IMG/VR virus record: IMGVR_UViG_3300035211_000056
Span: 1-59,880 of that record
Direction: 5' to 3' (one strand)
Source of the DNA: a virus
Lineage: Duplodnaviria; Caudoviricetes
DNA: 59,880 bases
Of the stretch, positions 18,262 through 26,854 are shown piece after piece; positions within the stretch are counted from its first letter, which is position 1, and the number at the start of each line of letters is the position of its first letter. Made by a program: the position numbers and the translations under genes. Below the pieces are notes generated by a model. That model was not told the DNA's origin and ran no database searches. It saw only the letters and a list, made by a program, of their open reading frames with translations.

Positions 18262-18786
18262 ATGTCAGTTAAAATTTTAATCGAATTAAAAAAAGAACAC
18301 TCGGATATAATAAGAACATTAAAAGCAACATACTTAAAGGATTTATCATCAGAAGAAATTATCGGGTATTGCCTGGCAGATACAAAAAAGAGACTTATTC
18401 AAAATAAAGAAATAGACATAAATAAAGATATTTTCTGTAGAGTTCTTGATACTATTATTGAATTATCAGATTTTTCAAAGATGCAAATACGAGATATGAT
18501 AAAAAGCATTAGAAAAGAAGATAAATTTAAAGAGTTTTTCCGGAAAGAATTAATAAAAAATGGTATCTATATACATAAAAACGAATATAAAGGTATTGTT
18601 CTTTTGCCTGGTAATAGTTTTTTGAATTCATTTTCTATAAGAAAAAAATATTTAAAAGATTTTGAAAACAGTTTGTTTTATAAAAAACAATCGGTAGTTG
18701 TTCCTACCGGGAAGAAATATCCGAATCCAAGTTCTGTTAGAGGTTTATTGTTTGATACGGATTTTGAAATAGATTCACGGATTTAA
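18262..18786 (+). CDS. Putative DNA-binding protein resembling the primase-helicase C-terminal domain
   Basis: L..NGI...N.......S.R.L pattern resembles the C-terminus of 23145-25796 by eye. Confidence 0.35.
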   Translation: MSVKILIELKKEHSDIIRTLKATYLKDLSSEEIIGYCLADTKKRLIQNKEIDINKDIFCRVLDTIIELSDFSKMQIRDMIKSIRKEDKFKEFFRKELIKNGIYIHKNEYKGIVLLPGNSFLNSFSIRKKYLKDFENSLFYKKQSVVVPTGKKYPNPSSVRGLLFDTDFEIDSRI

Positions 18787-18867
18787 AATTTGATACAAGA
18801 CAAAAATAAATCAAAATCAAGTTTTTTAAATCGAAATAACAAAAATTAAAAATAAATTTATTTTTTG

Positions 18868-18895
18868 TTGACATGATTTGGATTTGTGTAAAAAT
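18868..18895 (+). promoter_or_regulatory. Early promoter TTGACA...TGTGTAAAAAT
   Basis: Perfect -35 box preceded by A/T tracts; degenerate -10. Confidence 0.5.
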
Positions 18896-18904
18896 GGTTT
18901 TTAA

Positions 18905-19083
18905 TGAAAGGTCGGATAAGATGGAAGAAAAAGCTTAACAGGTTTTTTAAACACACGAAATCGAATGTCTGCCGTTTGTGTGAGTCCTGCAGGCAACCTT
19001 TCAAGCAGTTGAAATGTGAGACCGGTATTTATTTGCTTAGCGGTAAATAATTAATCTATTGAATTGGGCCGGCTCACACTGTT
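18905..19083 (+). ncRNA. Structured leader RNA with possible pseudoknot
   Basis: Nested stems TGAAAGGT/ACCTTTCA, CACACGAA/TTTGTGTG and TGTGAG-A-CCGG/CCGG-CTCACA; loop TGTCTGC can pair with GCAGGCA. Confidence 0.45.
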
Positions 19084-19104
19084 AAAAATCATGGGGGTGA
19101 CTGG

Positions 19105-20139
19105 ATGGGGTCAAATCCTGTAGGTATTATATCAGGTTTTAGAAAAATATCTGGCAGCAGAATCGCCGCAATCCTGGGAGAATCAGAATATAAGACAGAG
19201 GTTGATATCTGGCTTGATATATTATCAGAAATAGATCCGGAATTTGTCAAAAAATATAATTACGAAAAATTTGAGGGAAATGCATCAACAAGATTCGGGA
19301 CCGCATTTGAGGATTCGTTAATTTCATTAACTCAGAAAAAATTAAGCTGCGAAATAAAAGACCGGGAAAAGTTTTTTTGTGTTGGAAATAGAACGTGTCA
19401 TATAGATGGCATAATTTCTGGTGAAAAATTATACGAAGGGAATAAATTATACGAAGGGAAAACTTCTTTTGAAATGGCGTTTAGAAATAAATTCGGAACT
19501 CCGGACACGGATAGGATTCCAAGGGAATATATGATTCAAGTTCAGCACAACTTAGATTTGTGCGGATTAAAAGAATCGGTCATGTCAGTGCTAGTATTTC
19601 CTAAAAGTCCAGAAGAATGGGAAGAAATGGGCTGGCAGGTTGAATGGTGTGCTGAAGGTTATATTTTGAAAAGATATAATGAAGACAAAACTGTGAAAAA
19701 TTGCTTAAGTCCTGGTTTTTGGGCTGATGTATTATTCCAAATGGGATACTTCCATAATTACTATATCCAGGAAAATAAAGACGTTCAGAAAATGCTAAAA
19801 GAATTATCAGAAGAATGGTGGCAAAAGCATATAATTGAACGTAAAGAGCCGGAACCGAAAAATTATGAAGACTTAAAAATGTTAATCCCTGAACCGGTTG
19901 GAACTATTTTAGCAGATGATGAACTCGAAAAATGGGCTGTCGAATATAGAGAGATAACAAAAGAGATAGGAAAATCCGGCCGGCTTGAGAAAAGAAAAGA
20001 AACATTGAAATTTAACATATTAAACAAGATGCGATCAATGGATAAACATATTGATAATGACACAAGGGAACGGACGAAGTTGGTCGGGCAAGACGGGAAA
20101 AGGTTGATAACTTGGAATGGAAAAATGTTTAGGGCGTGA
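19105..20139 (+). CDS. YqaJ/lambda-exonuclease-like recombination nuclease
   Basis: ISGSRIAAILG, G..FE, HIDG..E.K and IP.EY..QVQH motifs. Confidence 0.85.
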   Translation: MGSNPVGIISGFRKISGSRIAAILGESEYKTEVDIWLDILSEIDPEFVKKYNYEKFEGNASTRFGTAFEDSLISLTQKKLSCEIKDREKFFCVGNRTCHIDGIISGEKLYEGNKLYEGKTSFEMAFRNKFGTPDTDRIPREYMIQVQHNLDLCGLKESVMSVLVFPKSPEEWEEMGWQVEWCAEGYILKRYNEDKTVKNCLSPGFWADVLFQMGYFHNYYIQENKDVQKMLKELSEEWWQKHIIERKEPEPKNYEDLKMLIPEPVGTILADDELEKWAVEYREITKEIGKSGRLEKRKETLKFNILNKMRSMDKHIDNDTRERTKLVGQDGKRLITWNGKMFRA

Positions 20140-20327
20140 TGATGGATAAAGAAATAAAAAAAACATATTCTATTGATGATAAATATATTTATGTTTTAGA
20201 TGGTGTTTGTCAATACTGGAAAAGCAAAGAAGGTAAAATGTATAAAGAAAACTTACAGACCGGTCTTGCTTTTCCTTTAAGAAGTTATGAGCTACCGATT
20301 AGTTTTAATATGTTAATAAGGCGATAA
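20136..20327 (+). CDS. Hypothetical protein
   Basis: Coupled ORF in the early operon. Confidence 0.5.
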   Translation: MMMDKEIKKTYSIDDKYIYVLDGVCQYWKSKEGKMYKENLQTGLAFPLRSYELPISFNMLIRR

Positions 20328-20328
20328 A

Positions 20329-20592
20329 ATGAAAATGACAGAAATTGAAAAAATATTAAATAAAATCAGAAATTATTTACCATATCATATAAACAAAATT
20401 GTAAAACCAAATACAAATATTCATTATCTTCTGATTCTAACGTCCATAATAATTTTAGATTTAGAAAATTATTATAATACTATAGAACATAAATTAGATG
20501 AAAGAGATAAATTTCAGTTGTCAAAAATTATAAACAAACTAGAAACTTTACCATCAGAAGTAATAAGAAAAATATTAAGGAATGAGTTTTAA
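20329..20592 (+). CDS. Hypothetical protein
   Basis: Tightly packed ORF. Confidence 0.5.
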   Translation: MKMTEIEKILNKIRNYLPYHINKIVKPNTNIHYLLILTSIIILDLENYYNTIEHKLDERDKFQLSKIINKLETLPSEVIRKILRNEF

Positions 20593-20802
20593 ATGTCAGT
20601 ATTAGATATTAAAATGGAAAGCTGTGGCGACACTGTAATATTAGAGTTTGGAGACCGCAATAGAACATTCATAACAACAAAAAGGTACATTATGTTTAAT
20701 TTTATTACAAACACATTAGAAGAAACTGACGACATATCTGTTAGTAATATTAAATGGACTAACTGTAAAGAAGTATCTGATATAGAAATTAAAAAGGCGT
20801 GA
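20593..20802 (+). CDS. Hypothetical protein, paralogue 1
   Basis: DIKMESCGDTVILEFGDRNRTFITTKRYI is nearly identical to 20999-21226. Confidence 0.65.
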   Translation: MSVLDIKMESCGDTVILEFGDRNRTFITTKRYIMFNFITNTLEETDDISVSNIKWTNCKEVSDIEIKKA

Positions 20803-20996
20803 AAATGAAAAGATATAGAGTGACAGGCACAGAAACAAGATATTTAGAAGAAAAAATAATAGAATCTAAAAGCCATGACAAGGCAATGGAAAAAGCATAT
20901 AAAATCCACGAAGATGACTTTTGGGAAGAAACAGACACGATAACAGAGTTTAAGATTGAAGAAATAAAAAACAAAATAGGTTTTAAAACGAAATAA
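20799..20996 (+). CDS. Small hypothetical protein
   Basis: Coupled ORF between the two paralogues. Confidence 0.55.
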   Translation: MKMKRYRVTGTETRYLEEKIIESKSHDKAMEKAYKIHEDDFWEETDTITEFKIEEIKNKIGFKTK

Positions 20997-20998
20997 TA

Positions 20999-21226
20999 AT
21001 GGATATTAAAATGGATATTAAAATGGAATGTTGCGGCGATACTGTAATATTAAAATTTGGAGATCGCAAAAGGACATTTATAACCACAAAAAGGTATATT
21101 AGATATAATTTTATAAAAAAAGTATTAGAAGAATCAGACGACACAAATAATGAACCTGATAAATGGACTGACTGTAAAGAAGTAACTGATTTAGAAATTA
21201 AAAAGGAGAAGGAGAAAAATGTATGA
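20999..21226 (+). CDS. Hypothetical protein, paralogue 2
   Basis: Paralogue of 20593-20802; starts with a 12-bp tandem ATGGATATTAAA. Confidence 0.65.
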   Translation: MDIKMDIKMECCGDTVILKFGDRKRTFITTKRYIRYNFIKKVLEESDDTNNEPDKWTDCKEVTDLEIKKEKEKNV

Positions 21227-21642
21227 GTAATTTATTTTTAGTAATTTGGTTGAGTGAGTGTATAAAAAGTTTTTTTATTAATCCGTTTTTTATTGCTATT
21301 ATTGTTTTGTATTCTATAGCTTTAATTATCTTTTTTACTTTCTTTATCGCTTCAAAATGTGAAGATATTGATAAGGACGATATCGAAAAACTAAATAACT
21401 TTAGAAAATATATCAAAATTAAAACATATATATTTTCTGTTCTCTTTTTGATTTTTATATCGTCTTTTATGCCAAGTAAAGCAACAATCATAACCTTTGC
21501 ATCATTATATCAAATAGACAAATATAACGAAAAAAACACGACATCAAAACTCAACCCAGAGGAAATGATTAAGACAATAGACATGACAATTAAAAAAGTT
21601 GATGAGTACTTGAAACCAAAAGAAATTGAAAAAAAGGAATAA
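21223..21642 (+). CDS. Membrane protein
   Basis: Two hydrophobic helices followed by a PSK motif. Confidence 0.6.
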   Translation: MSNLFLVIWLSECIKSFFINPFFIAIIVLYSIALIIFFTFFIASKCEDIDKDDIEKLNNFRKYIKIKTYIFSVLFLIFISSFMPSKATIITFASLYQIDKYNEKNTTSKLNPEEMIKTIDMTIKKVDEYLKPKEIEKKE

Positions 21643-21654
21643 AGGAGAAAAACG

Positions 21655-22617
21655 ATGTCAATTAAAAACCTAACGCCTCGATTAGCCGAGGTTGGAAAAA
21701 TTAAGATAGGCGGATTAGGAGAAGAAAGGACAGCAAAGAATGGAAATAAATACCGCCTACCTGTAAGGTATAATCACTTTGTTGTCACTACTACCGAAAG
21801 AGACGCAACAGGTAATTTAATACCAGACAAAGATATTATGAAACAACTTGGAAAAGATCCGACCGAGATTCCTATTAAGCTTTTATTTGATAGTATAGAT
21901 ATGAATTTTTATACATCATATCAGTATTATCATGGCAAAAAGTGTTTGTGCAAAGGCGACGGCGAAAAAGCTCAGCGTTGGGTTACTAAAGACAAAAAAG
22001 AACCTGAATTGACAGAGATAGAATGTAATCCTGATAAATGCGAGTATGCAGTATCAGGGAAATGTAAAGTCTCGGGAATTTTGTCTTGCTTATTAACTCA
22101 TTTCCCTACTTTTGGAGGCTGTTATAGATACAGAACTCATGGGTGGAACGCTGTTAATAATATATTGGCAGCACTTGAATTTTTTAAATCAAATACAAAT
22201 GGGGTTTTGCAGGGTTTACCTCTTAAATTAGTAATGCTTAAAAAAGCAACTGCGGAACATGGGAATATTAACACTGTGTCTTTAGTTTTGGATAATATCG
22301 AAATTGCAAAAATGAGACAACTTGCATTACAGGAATATAAAAACAGAAAAGCTCTTGGTGTTAATATGGTTGACTACGAAACAAAAGTAAAAGCTTTAGA
22401 TTTCCATAAAGACACAGATCCAGAAGATATAGTTCAAGAAGAATTTTATCCAGAAATAGAAGACGCTGAATATACCGAGCCTGAAAAGGGTGTCAGTGCG
22501 GACGATTTAAAAAAGGATTTGGAAAAGAAATCAGAAACAGAAAAAAAGCCGGAACAGGAGAAAAAAACGGAACCTGAAAAAAAGGACGAGAAGAAAAAAG
22601 CAGAGGATTTGTTTTAA
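21655..22617 (+). CDS. Gp3-like ('recombination directionality factor-like') protein, probable single-strand annealing protein
   Basis: PRL.E.GKIKIG, C.GDGE.A, C...C.....CK and GG.Y..RT.GW motifs; acidic tail; linked to the exonuclease. Confidence 0.65.
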   Translation: MSIKNLTPRLAEVGKIKIGGLGEERTAKNGNKYRLPVRYNHFVVTTTERDATGNLIPDKDIMKQLGKDPTEIPIKLLFDSIDMNFYTSYQYYHGKKCLCKGDGEKAQRWVTKDKKEPELTEIECNPDKCEYAVSGKCKVSGILSCLLTHFPTFGGCYRYRTHGWNAVNNILAALEFFKSNTNGVLQGLPLKLVMLKKATAEHGNINTVSLVLDNIEIAKMRQLALQEYKNRKALGVNMVDYETKVKALDFHKDTDPEDIVQEEFYPEIEDAEYTEPEKGVSADDLKKDLEKKSETEKKPEQEKKTEPEKKDEKKKAEDLF

Positions 22618-22627
22618 TTAAATGTAT

Positions 22628-22727
22628 GGCACGGTTGCAATAAAGGGTAATTTCCCGACCTTTGTCGGTGAGGGTAATAGGGACGCTGAATAACCTCAGT
22701 GTTGGGTTCGATTCCCAACCCGTGTCT
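22628..22727 (+). ncRNA. tRNA-like element with non-canonical anticodon arm
   Basis: Acceptor stem GGCACGG/CCGTGTC, T arm GTTGGG-TTCGATT-CCCAAC, D-like loop GGGTA; anticodon-position hairpin CCGAC-CTTT-GTCGG; long extra arm; no CCA. Confidence 0.55.
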
Positions 22728-22754
22728 CTTTTAAAAAAAAGGAGGTAACCTATT

Positions 22755-23123
22755 TTGACAATTAGTATAAAAAACATTATAGATGTGAAAATTGAAGAAA
22801 AAATATTAGAGTTTAATAACTTAAAAGATTTTTTTGATTTTCTTATAAAAAGAAGGGATGATTTATCAAAACAAGTTGAAGAGAATAGATTTACTAATAG
22901 TTTTGATGCGCAAATATTAAGCACAAGATTGTCAGAAGTTCATAATCTTATATTACAAATAGAACATAACGAACATCGTCTTGATAATTTTAATGGTTTA
23001 TTAAAGTTCTCAAAAATTTTATCAGAATTAGAAAGTAATAAAATAATAACTAGATCAATTTCTGATATTATAATGGATAAAGTAAAAAAAGAATTACAAA
23101 TATGCACTACTTCAGATTTTTAA
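22755..23123 (+). CDS. Hypothetical protein (TTG start)
   Basis: Strong SD GGAGGT upstream. Confidence 0.6.
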   Translation: MTISIKNIIDVKIEEKILEFNNLKDFFDFLIKRRDDLSKQVEENRFTNSFDAQILSTRLSEVHNLILQIEHNEHRLDNFNGLLKFSKILSELESNKIITRSISDIIMDKVKKELQICTTSDF

Positions 23124-23144
23124 AATAAAACATAAGGATATTTA

Positions 23145-25796
23145 ATGTCAAAAATAGACAAACAAGAATACAAGTACCGCATCAGAGAATATCTTGAATA
23201 TAAAAACGTAGATTTTAATACCCGTGTTAATCCTCCGGTTATGCGGTGCTTGATTCCTGGTCATGATGATAGAAATCCATCGGCTGTTATTTATGAAGAT
23301 AAAGTATGGTGTCCTGTGTGCAATGAATCGTACGATATATTTAAATGTGCAGGGTTTTTAATTGCATCTGATGATTTTAAATTGCAAGTAAAAGATATTC
23401 AGGAAACATTAAATATAACTCAACGTGATGATAATAGATTAATTTCTTTATCAAAAACAGAGGCCGAAACCATATTTAATAATGATAAAAATTATGAGTG
23501 GTTTTTAAAAGACAAAAAAGACTGCCAAATTACTGGTAAATGGTTTTATTATAATAAATACAACGACGTTGATATTTGCGATGTCAGATTTGATTATATA
23601 GATGATAAGGATAAAAAAAGAAAAGACATAATTTCGTTTTATTATAACGGCGAATATGTAAAATGCAAAAATTATCCTGTTTTGATTTATAATCGTCATT
23701 TAATAGAACAGGAACCTGACACACCAATATTAATTGTTGAAGGTCCTAAGTGTGCCGATGCTGCTTTAAAATTAAAAAAATATATCCCTATTACATGGAA
23801 CGGCGGATGTAAGAAATATAAAAAACCTGACTGGTCGGTTATTAAAAACAGAACAATATATATATGGCCTGATGATGACGAACCTGGGATTGATACATCT
23901 TTTGGTCTTAAAAAAATACTTCAAAAAAACAATGAAGTAAAAGTTTTAAAACCAATGCCGGAATTAAGAAAATTAAAAACAAAAGGTGCGGATATTATCG
24001 AAGCATTTCAGATATATGATATAGATGCTTTGATTGACTATATTGATAATTCTCTTGAGTTTGTTCAGGAAAATCCAGATGCTCCCACCTGTAGGAGCAA
24101 CGCCGGCGGTGCTGTCGTTCCATCCAAACGCAGTACCGCCGGCAATACCAAAAAAAACGATACATATAGTAATAAAATATTCCCTTTTGAAATACTTGGA
24201 GTTGCCGATGACGGAAAAGCTTATTTTATAGACAGATCTGACAGATTACAAAAATATAATTTATGCGGAATCGCAAAGCCTCAATTATTAATGCTTGCTC
24301 AGCGTGCCTGGTGGATAATGTCTGATTTCGGAAATGGTGAATCAAAAGTTTATTGGGATATGGCAATAGATTCTTTAATTGAAGAATCAAATAAAATTGA
24401 TTTTAATCTTGACAATCTGCGTGGTCGTGGTGCATGGAAGGATAACGATAATCTCATATATAACGACGGTAAAATAGTAAATGGAAAAACAGAAGAAAAA
24501 GGCGTTATATATTTAAGAAAAAGTCAAGTTGATATTGGCATTAATGATAATCCGCTTGATTATGATACAAGACGGGCTATGAGAGATTTAATATTTAAAC
24601 TATCCTTTGAAACTCCGGCTGATGCTATACGCTGTATTGCATGGGCAACACTTGCACCTTTTGGAGGGTGCTTGTATTGGCGGCCCGCAATACTTATAAC
24701 AGGACCTTCAGGATCTGGTAAAACAACAATTGCAAATAATGTAATACGTAAAATTGCAAATCCAGTTTGGCTTGATGGGTCTGAATCAACACCAGCCGGA
24801 GTTAGGGGGCTGATTCAAAATGATACATGCTCAATTGTTTTTGAAGAAGCCGAAACCGATACCGTAAAAAAACGTGAGAACAGGAAAAATTTATTTTCTT
24901 TAATGAGAACAAACACAAGCGACGACTCACCTGACACAGCAAAAGGTACTTCTGAAGGTGGTGTCAGAAGTTATAAAATGCGTAATATGTTTTGCTTTAT
25001 TGCAATAAGTCCTGAAATTGATAGTATTGCCGATGAAAACAGAATATTTAAAATAAATCTTAAAATACCAGCAAAGTCAAAATGGCAAGATACGCAATCA
25101 TTATTAAATAGAATTATGACAGTTAGAAACTGTAGAGGATTGAGATCTTTTGTGTGGAAAAATTTAGAGAATATAATTAAAAAAATAAATTTAATTATTC
25201 CTTTTGTTCAGACAAAAAACGATATGGATTTTAGATATTGCTATGCAGAAAGTTTATTACTCAGTGCATATTTTAATGTATGGTCTGATAAAGAATTAAC
25301 AGATGAATATTTAGAGGCTGCAATTGACCAGTTTTATAAATGGCTTCCGACATCAGGAGCAAGAGACGAGACAGACGAGATTATTGATAGATTAATGGAT
25401 CAATTAGTACCGGTAACAGGGTACAACGACAAACAAACCATAAGAGAAATAATACAAACAATTTATACGGGTAAAGAAACATCTGTTAGCATGGGAACCG
25501 AAACAGAAACAGACATAGAACCAAAAAAAATAATAACAATGCGTCAGGTATTGCACCGTTACGGTATAGACGTAAACAGCGACGGAGAAATAGCAATTGC
25601 AAATAATCATCATGAAATAATGAACATAATAGAAAAAGGAAAAGGTTATCACATGCAGTTGGTCAGGCATAAAAACTGTGTAGATAAATCAAGAGTAGTA
25701 TCAATTGCAAAGAAATCAAGACGCTGTGTTGTATTAAAAGATATAATTGAATATGGAATTATAAAGGATATAAATGATAGTGAGGTTCCGTTTTGA
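23145..25796 (+). CDS. Primase-helicase (CHC2 zinc finger, TOPRIM, P-loop helicase)
   Basis: C..P.H.D..PS...CPVC, IVEG.K.AD, WPDDDEPG, GADI, GPSGSGKT and FEEAE motifs. Confidence 0.9.
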   Translation: MSKIDKQEYKYRIREYLEYKNVDFNTRVNPPVMRCLIPGHDDRNPSAVIYEDKVWCPVCNESYDIFKCAGFLIASDDFKLQVKDIQETLNITQRDDNRLISLSKTEAETIFNNDKNYEWFLKDKKDCQITGKWFYYNKYNDVDICDVRFDYIDDKDKKRKDIISFYYNGEYVKCKNYPVLIYNRHLIEQEPDTPILIVEGPKCADAALKLKKYIPITWNGGCKKYKKPDWSVIKNRTIYIWPDDDEPGIDTSFGLKKILQKNNEVKVLKPMPELRKLKTKGADIIEAFQIYDIDALIDYIDNSLEFVQENPDAPTCRSNAGGAVVPSKRSTAGNTKKNDTYSNKIFPFEILGVADDGKAYFIDRSDRLQKYNLCGIAKPQLLMLAQRAWWIMSDFGNGESKVYWDMAIDSLIEESNKIDFNLDNLRGRGAWKDNDNLIYNDGKIVNGKTEEKGVIYLRKSQVDIGINDNPLDYDTRRAMRDLIFKLSFETPADAIRCIAWATLAPFGGCLYWRPAILITGPSGSGKTTIANNVIRKIANPVWLDGSESTPAGVRGLIQNDTCSIVFEEAETDTVKKRENRKNLFSLMRTNTSDDSPDTAKGTSEGGVRSYKMRNMFCFIAISPEIDSIADENRIFKINLKIPAKSKWQDTQSLLNRIMTVRNCRGLRSFVWKNLENIIKKINLIIPFVQTKNDMDFRYCYAESLLLSAYFNVWSDKELTDEYLEAAIDQFYKWLPTSGARDETDEIIDRLMDQLVPVTGYNDKQTIREIIQTIYTGKETSVSMGTETETDIEPKKIITMRQVLHRYGIDVNSDGEIAIANNHHEIMNIIEKGKGYHMQLVRHKNCVDKSRVVSIAKKSRRCVVLKDIIEYGIIKDINDSEVPF

Positions 25797-26062
25797 AGAT
25801 AATAGAGAGAGTTATTAATGACAAAATAGAAAAAGAAAAAGGATATCTATATTTCATAGATAAAGAAGGTGATGTATCAAGAATATGTATGGGGCGACAG
25901 GTTCCTTTGTTTAATACATGTAAAGATATCCCAAAAGAAAAAAACAAACCAGAAAAAGTATTATTGCTTAAATTAAAAATAGAACCTAGTTTTTTATACT
26001 ACATAGACAAAGGAGGTTATATTTGCAAAACAAAAATGGCGAGGGGAGGTAAGAAAAAATGA
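25793..26062 (+). CDS. Small basic two-repeat protein
   Basis: Internal repeat GYLYFIDKEG / SFLYYIDKGG; ends MARGGKK. Confidence 0.6.
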   Translation: MKIIERVINDKIEKEKGYLYFIDKEGDVSRICMGRQVPLFNTCKDIPKEKNKPEKVLLLKLKIEPSFLYYIDKGGYICKTKMARGGKKK

Positions 26063-26128
26063 TAAACGGTAAAAAAATAAACAAAAATGACGAATGGATC
26101 ACCCCTGAAAGGAAATTATATATGAGGT

Positions 26129-26449
26129 GTGAAGATGATTAAAAATCCAATTATATTAATTAAAAATTTAGATGATATTGAAATGCTTATAAAAACGAAA
26201 AAAATTTACATAGATGGTTTGCTAAATCATGCAAAACAAATAATGGCAAAAAGGGTTTGTAATTATGAAATTAACTCATCAATTAAATCAATACTGGAAC
26301 CGCAAGAAGGTGATATTGTTTATCGTATTGATTTTGAACGTGATGAACAAGTAAAGCGTAATGATGAATATGATAAAACAATTGCTGAATTTATTTATAT
26401 AAAAGAAAGTGGAGATGTAAGGTTTATTACTTATAAACCAGAAATCTAA
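26129..26449 (+). CDS. Hypothetical protein
   Basis: ORF with SD GAGGTG. Confidence 0.5.
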   Translation: MKMIKNPIILIKNLDDIEMLIKTKKIYIDGLLNHAKQIMAKRVCNYEINSSIKSILEPQEGDIVYRIDFERDEQVKRNDEYDKTIAEFIYIKESGDVRFITYKPEI

Positions 26450-26470
26450 AGCTTTTTATAGAGGTGTAAA

Positions 26471-26845
26471 ATGGATAAAATTTTTAAATTATGGGACGAC
26501 ACACAAAAAAAAATGCACGAGGTTTCAACAATAGAAGAAATTATTGATGGATGTATACCTTACGGACTTATGTATACACATGTATCACAATTCACCGGAC
26601 TTCACGACAAGAACAACACCCCTATTTATGAAAATGATTTATTACAATTCGATGATGACGCCGATCTTCCTTATGAATACGAAGGGAATCAAATTGTAAA
26701 AGTTGAATGGTCTATTGAACTTTGTGGATTTCTTCCTTTTTGTGATCATGATTCAGATTGTGGTGTTTATGTAAAAACAGAAGAATGTTTAATTGTTGGA
26801 AATATTTTTGAAACACCAGAATTATATAAAAATATTAAAACATGA
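26471..26845 (+). CDS. YopX family protein
   Basis: QFTGLHDKN..IYEND and VGNIFETPEL motifs. Confidence 0.85.
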   Translation: MDKIFKLWDDTQKKMHEVSTIEEIIDGCIPYGLMYTHVSQFTGLHDKNNTPIYENDLLQFDDDADLPYEYEGNQIVKVEWSIELCGFLPFCDHDSDCGVYVKTEECLIVGNIFETPELYKNIKT

Positions 26846-26854
26846 GGCTTTTAA

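Noticed and set aside
22628-22727. Canonical tRNA-Lys, -Gln or -Sec
   Set aside because: No 7-nt anticodon loop can be drawn and there is no UCA; kept only as tRNA-like.
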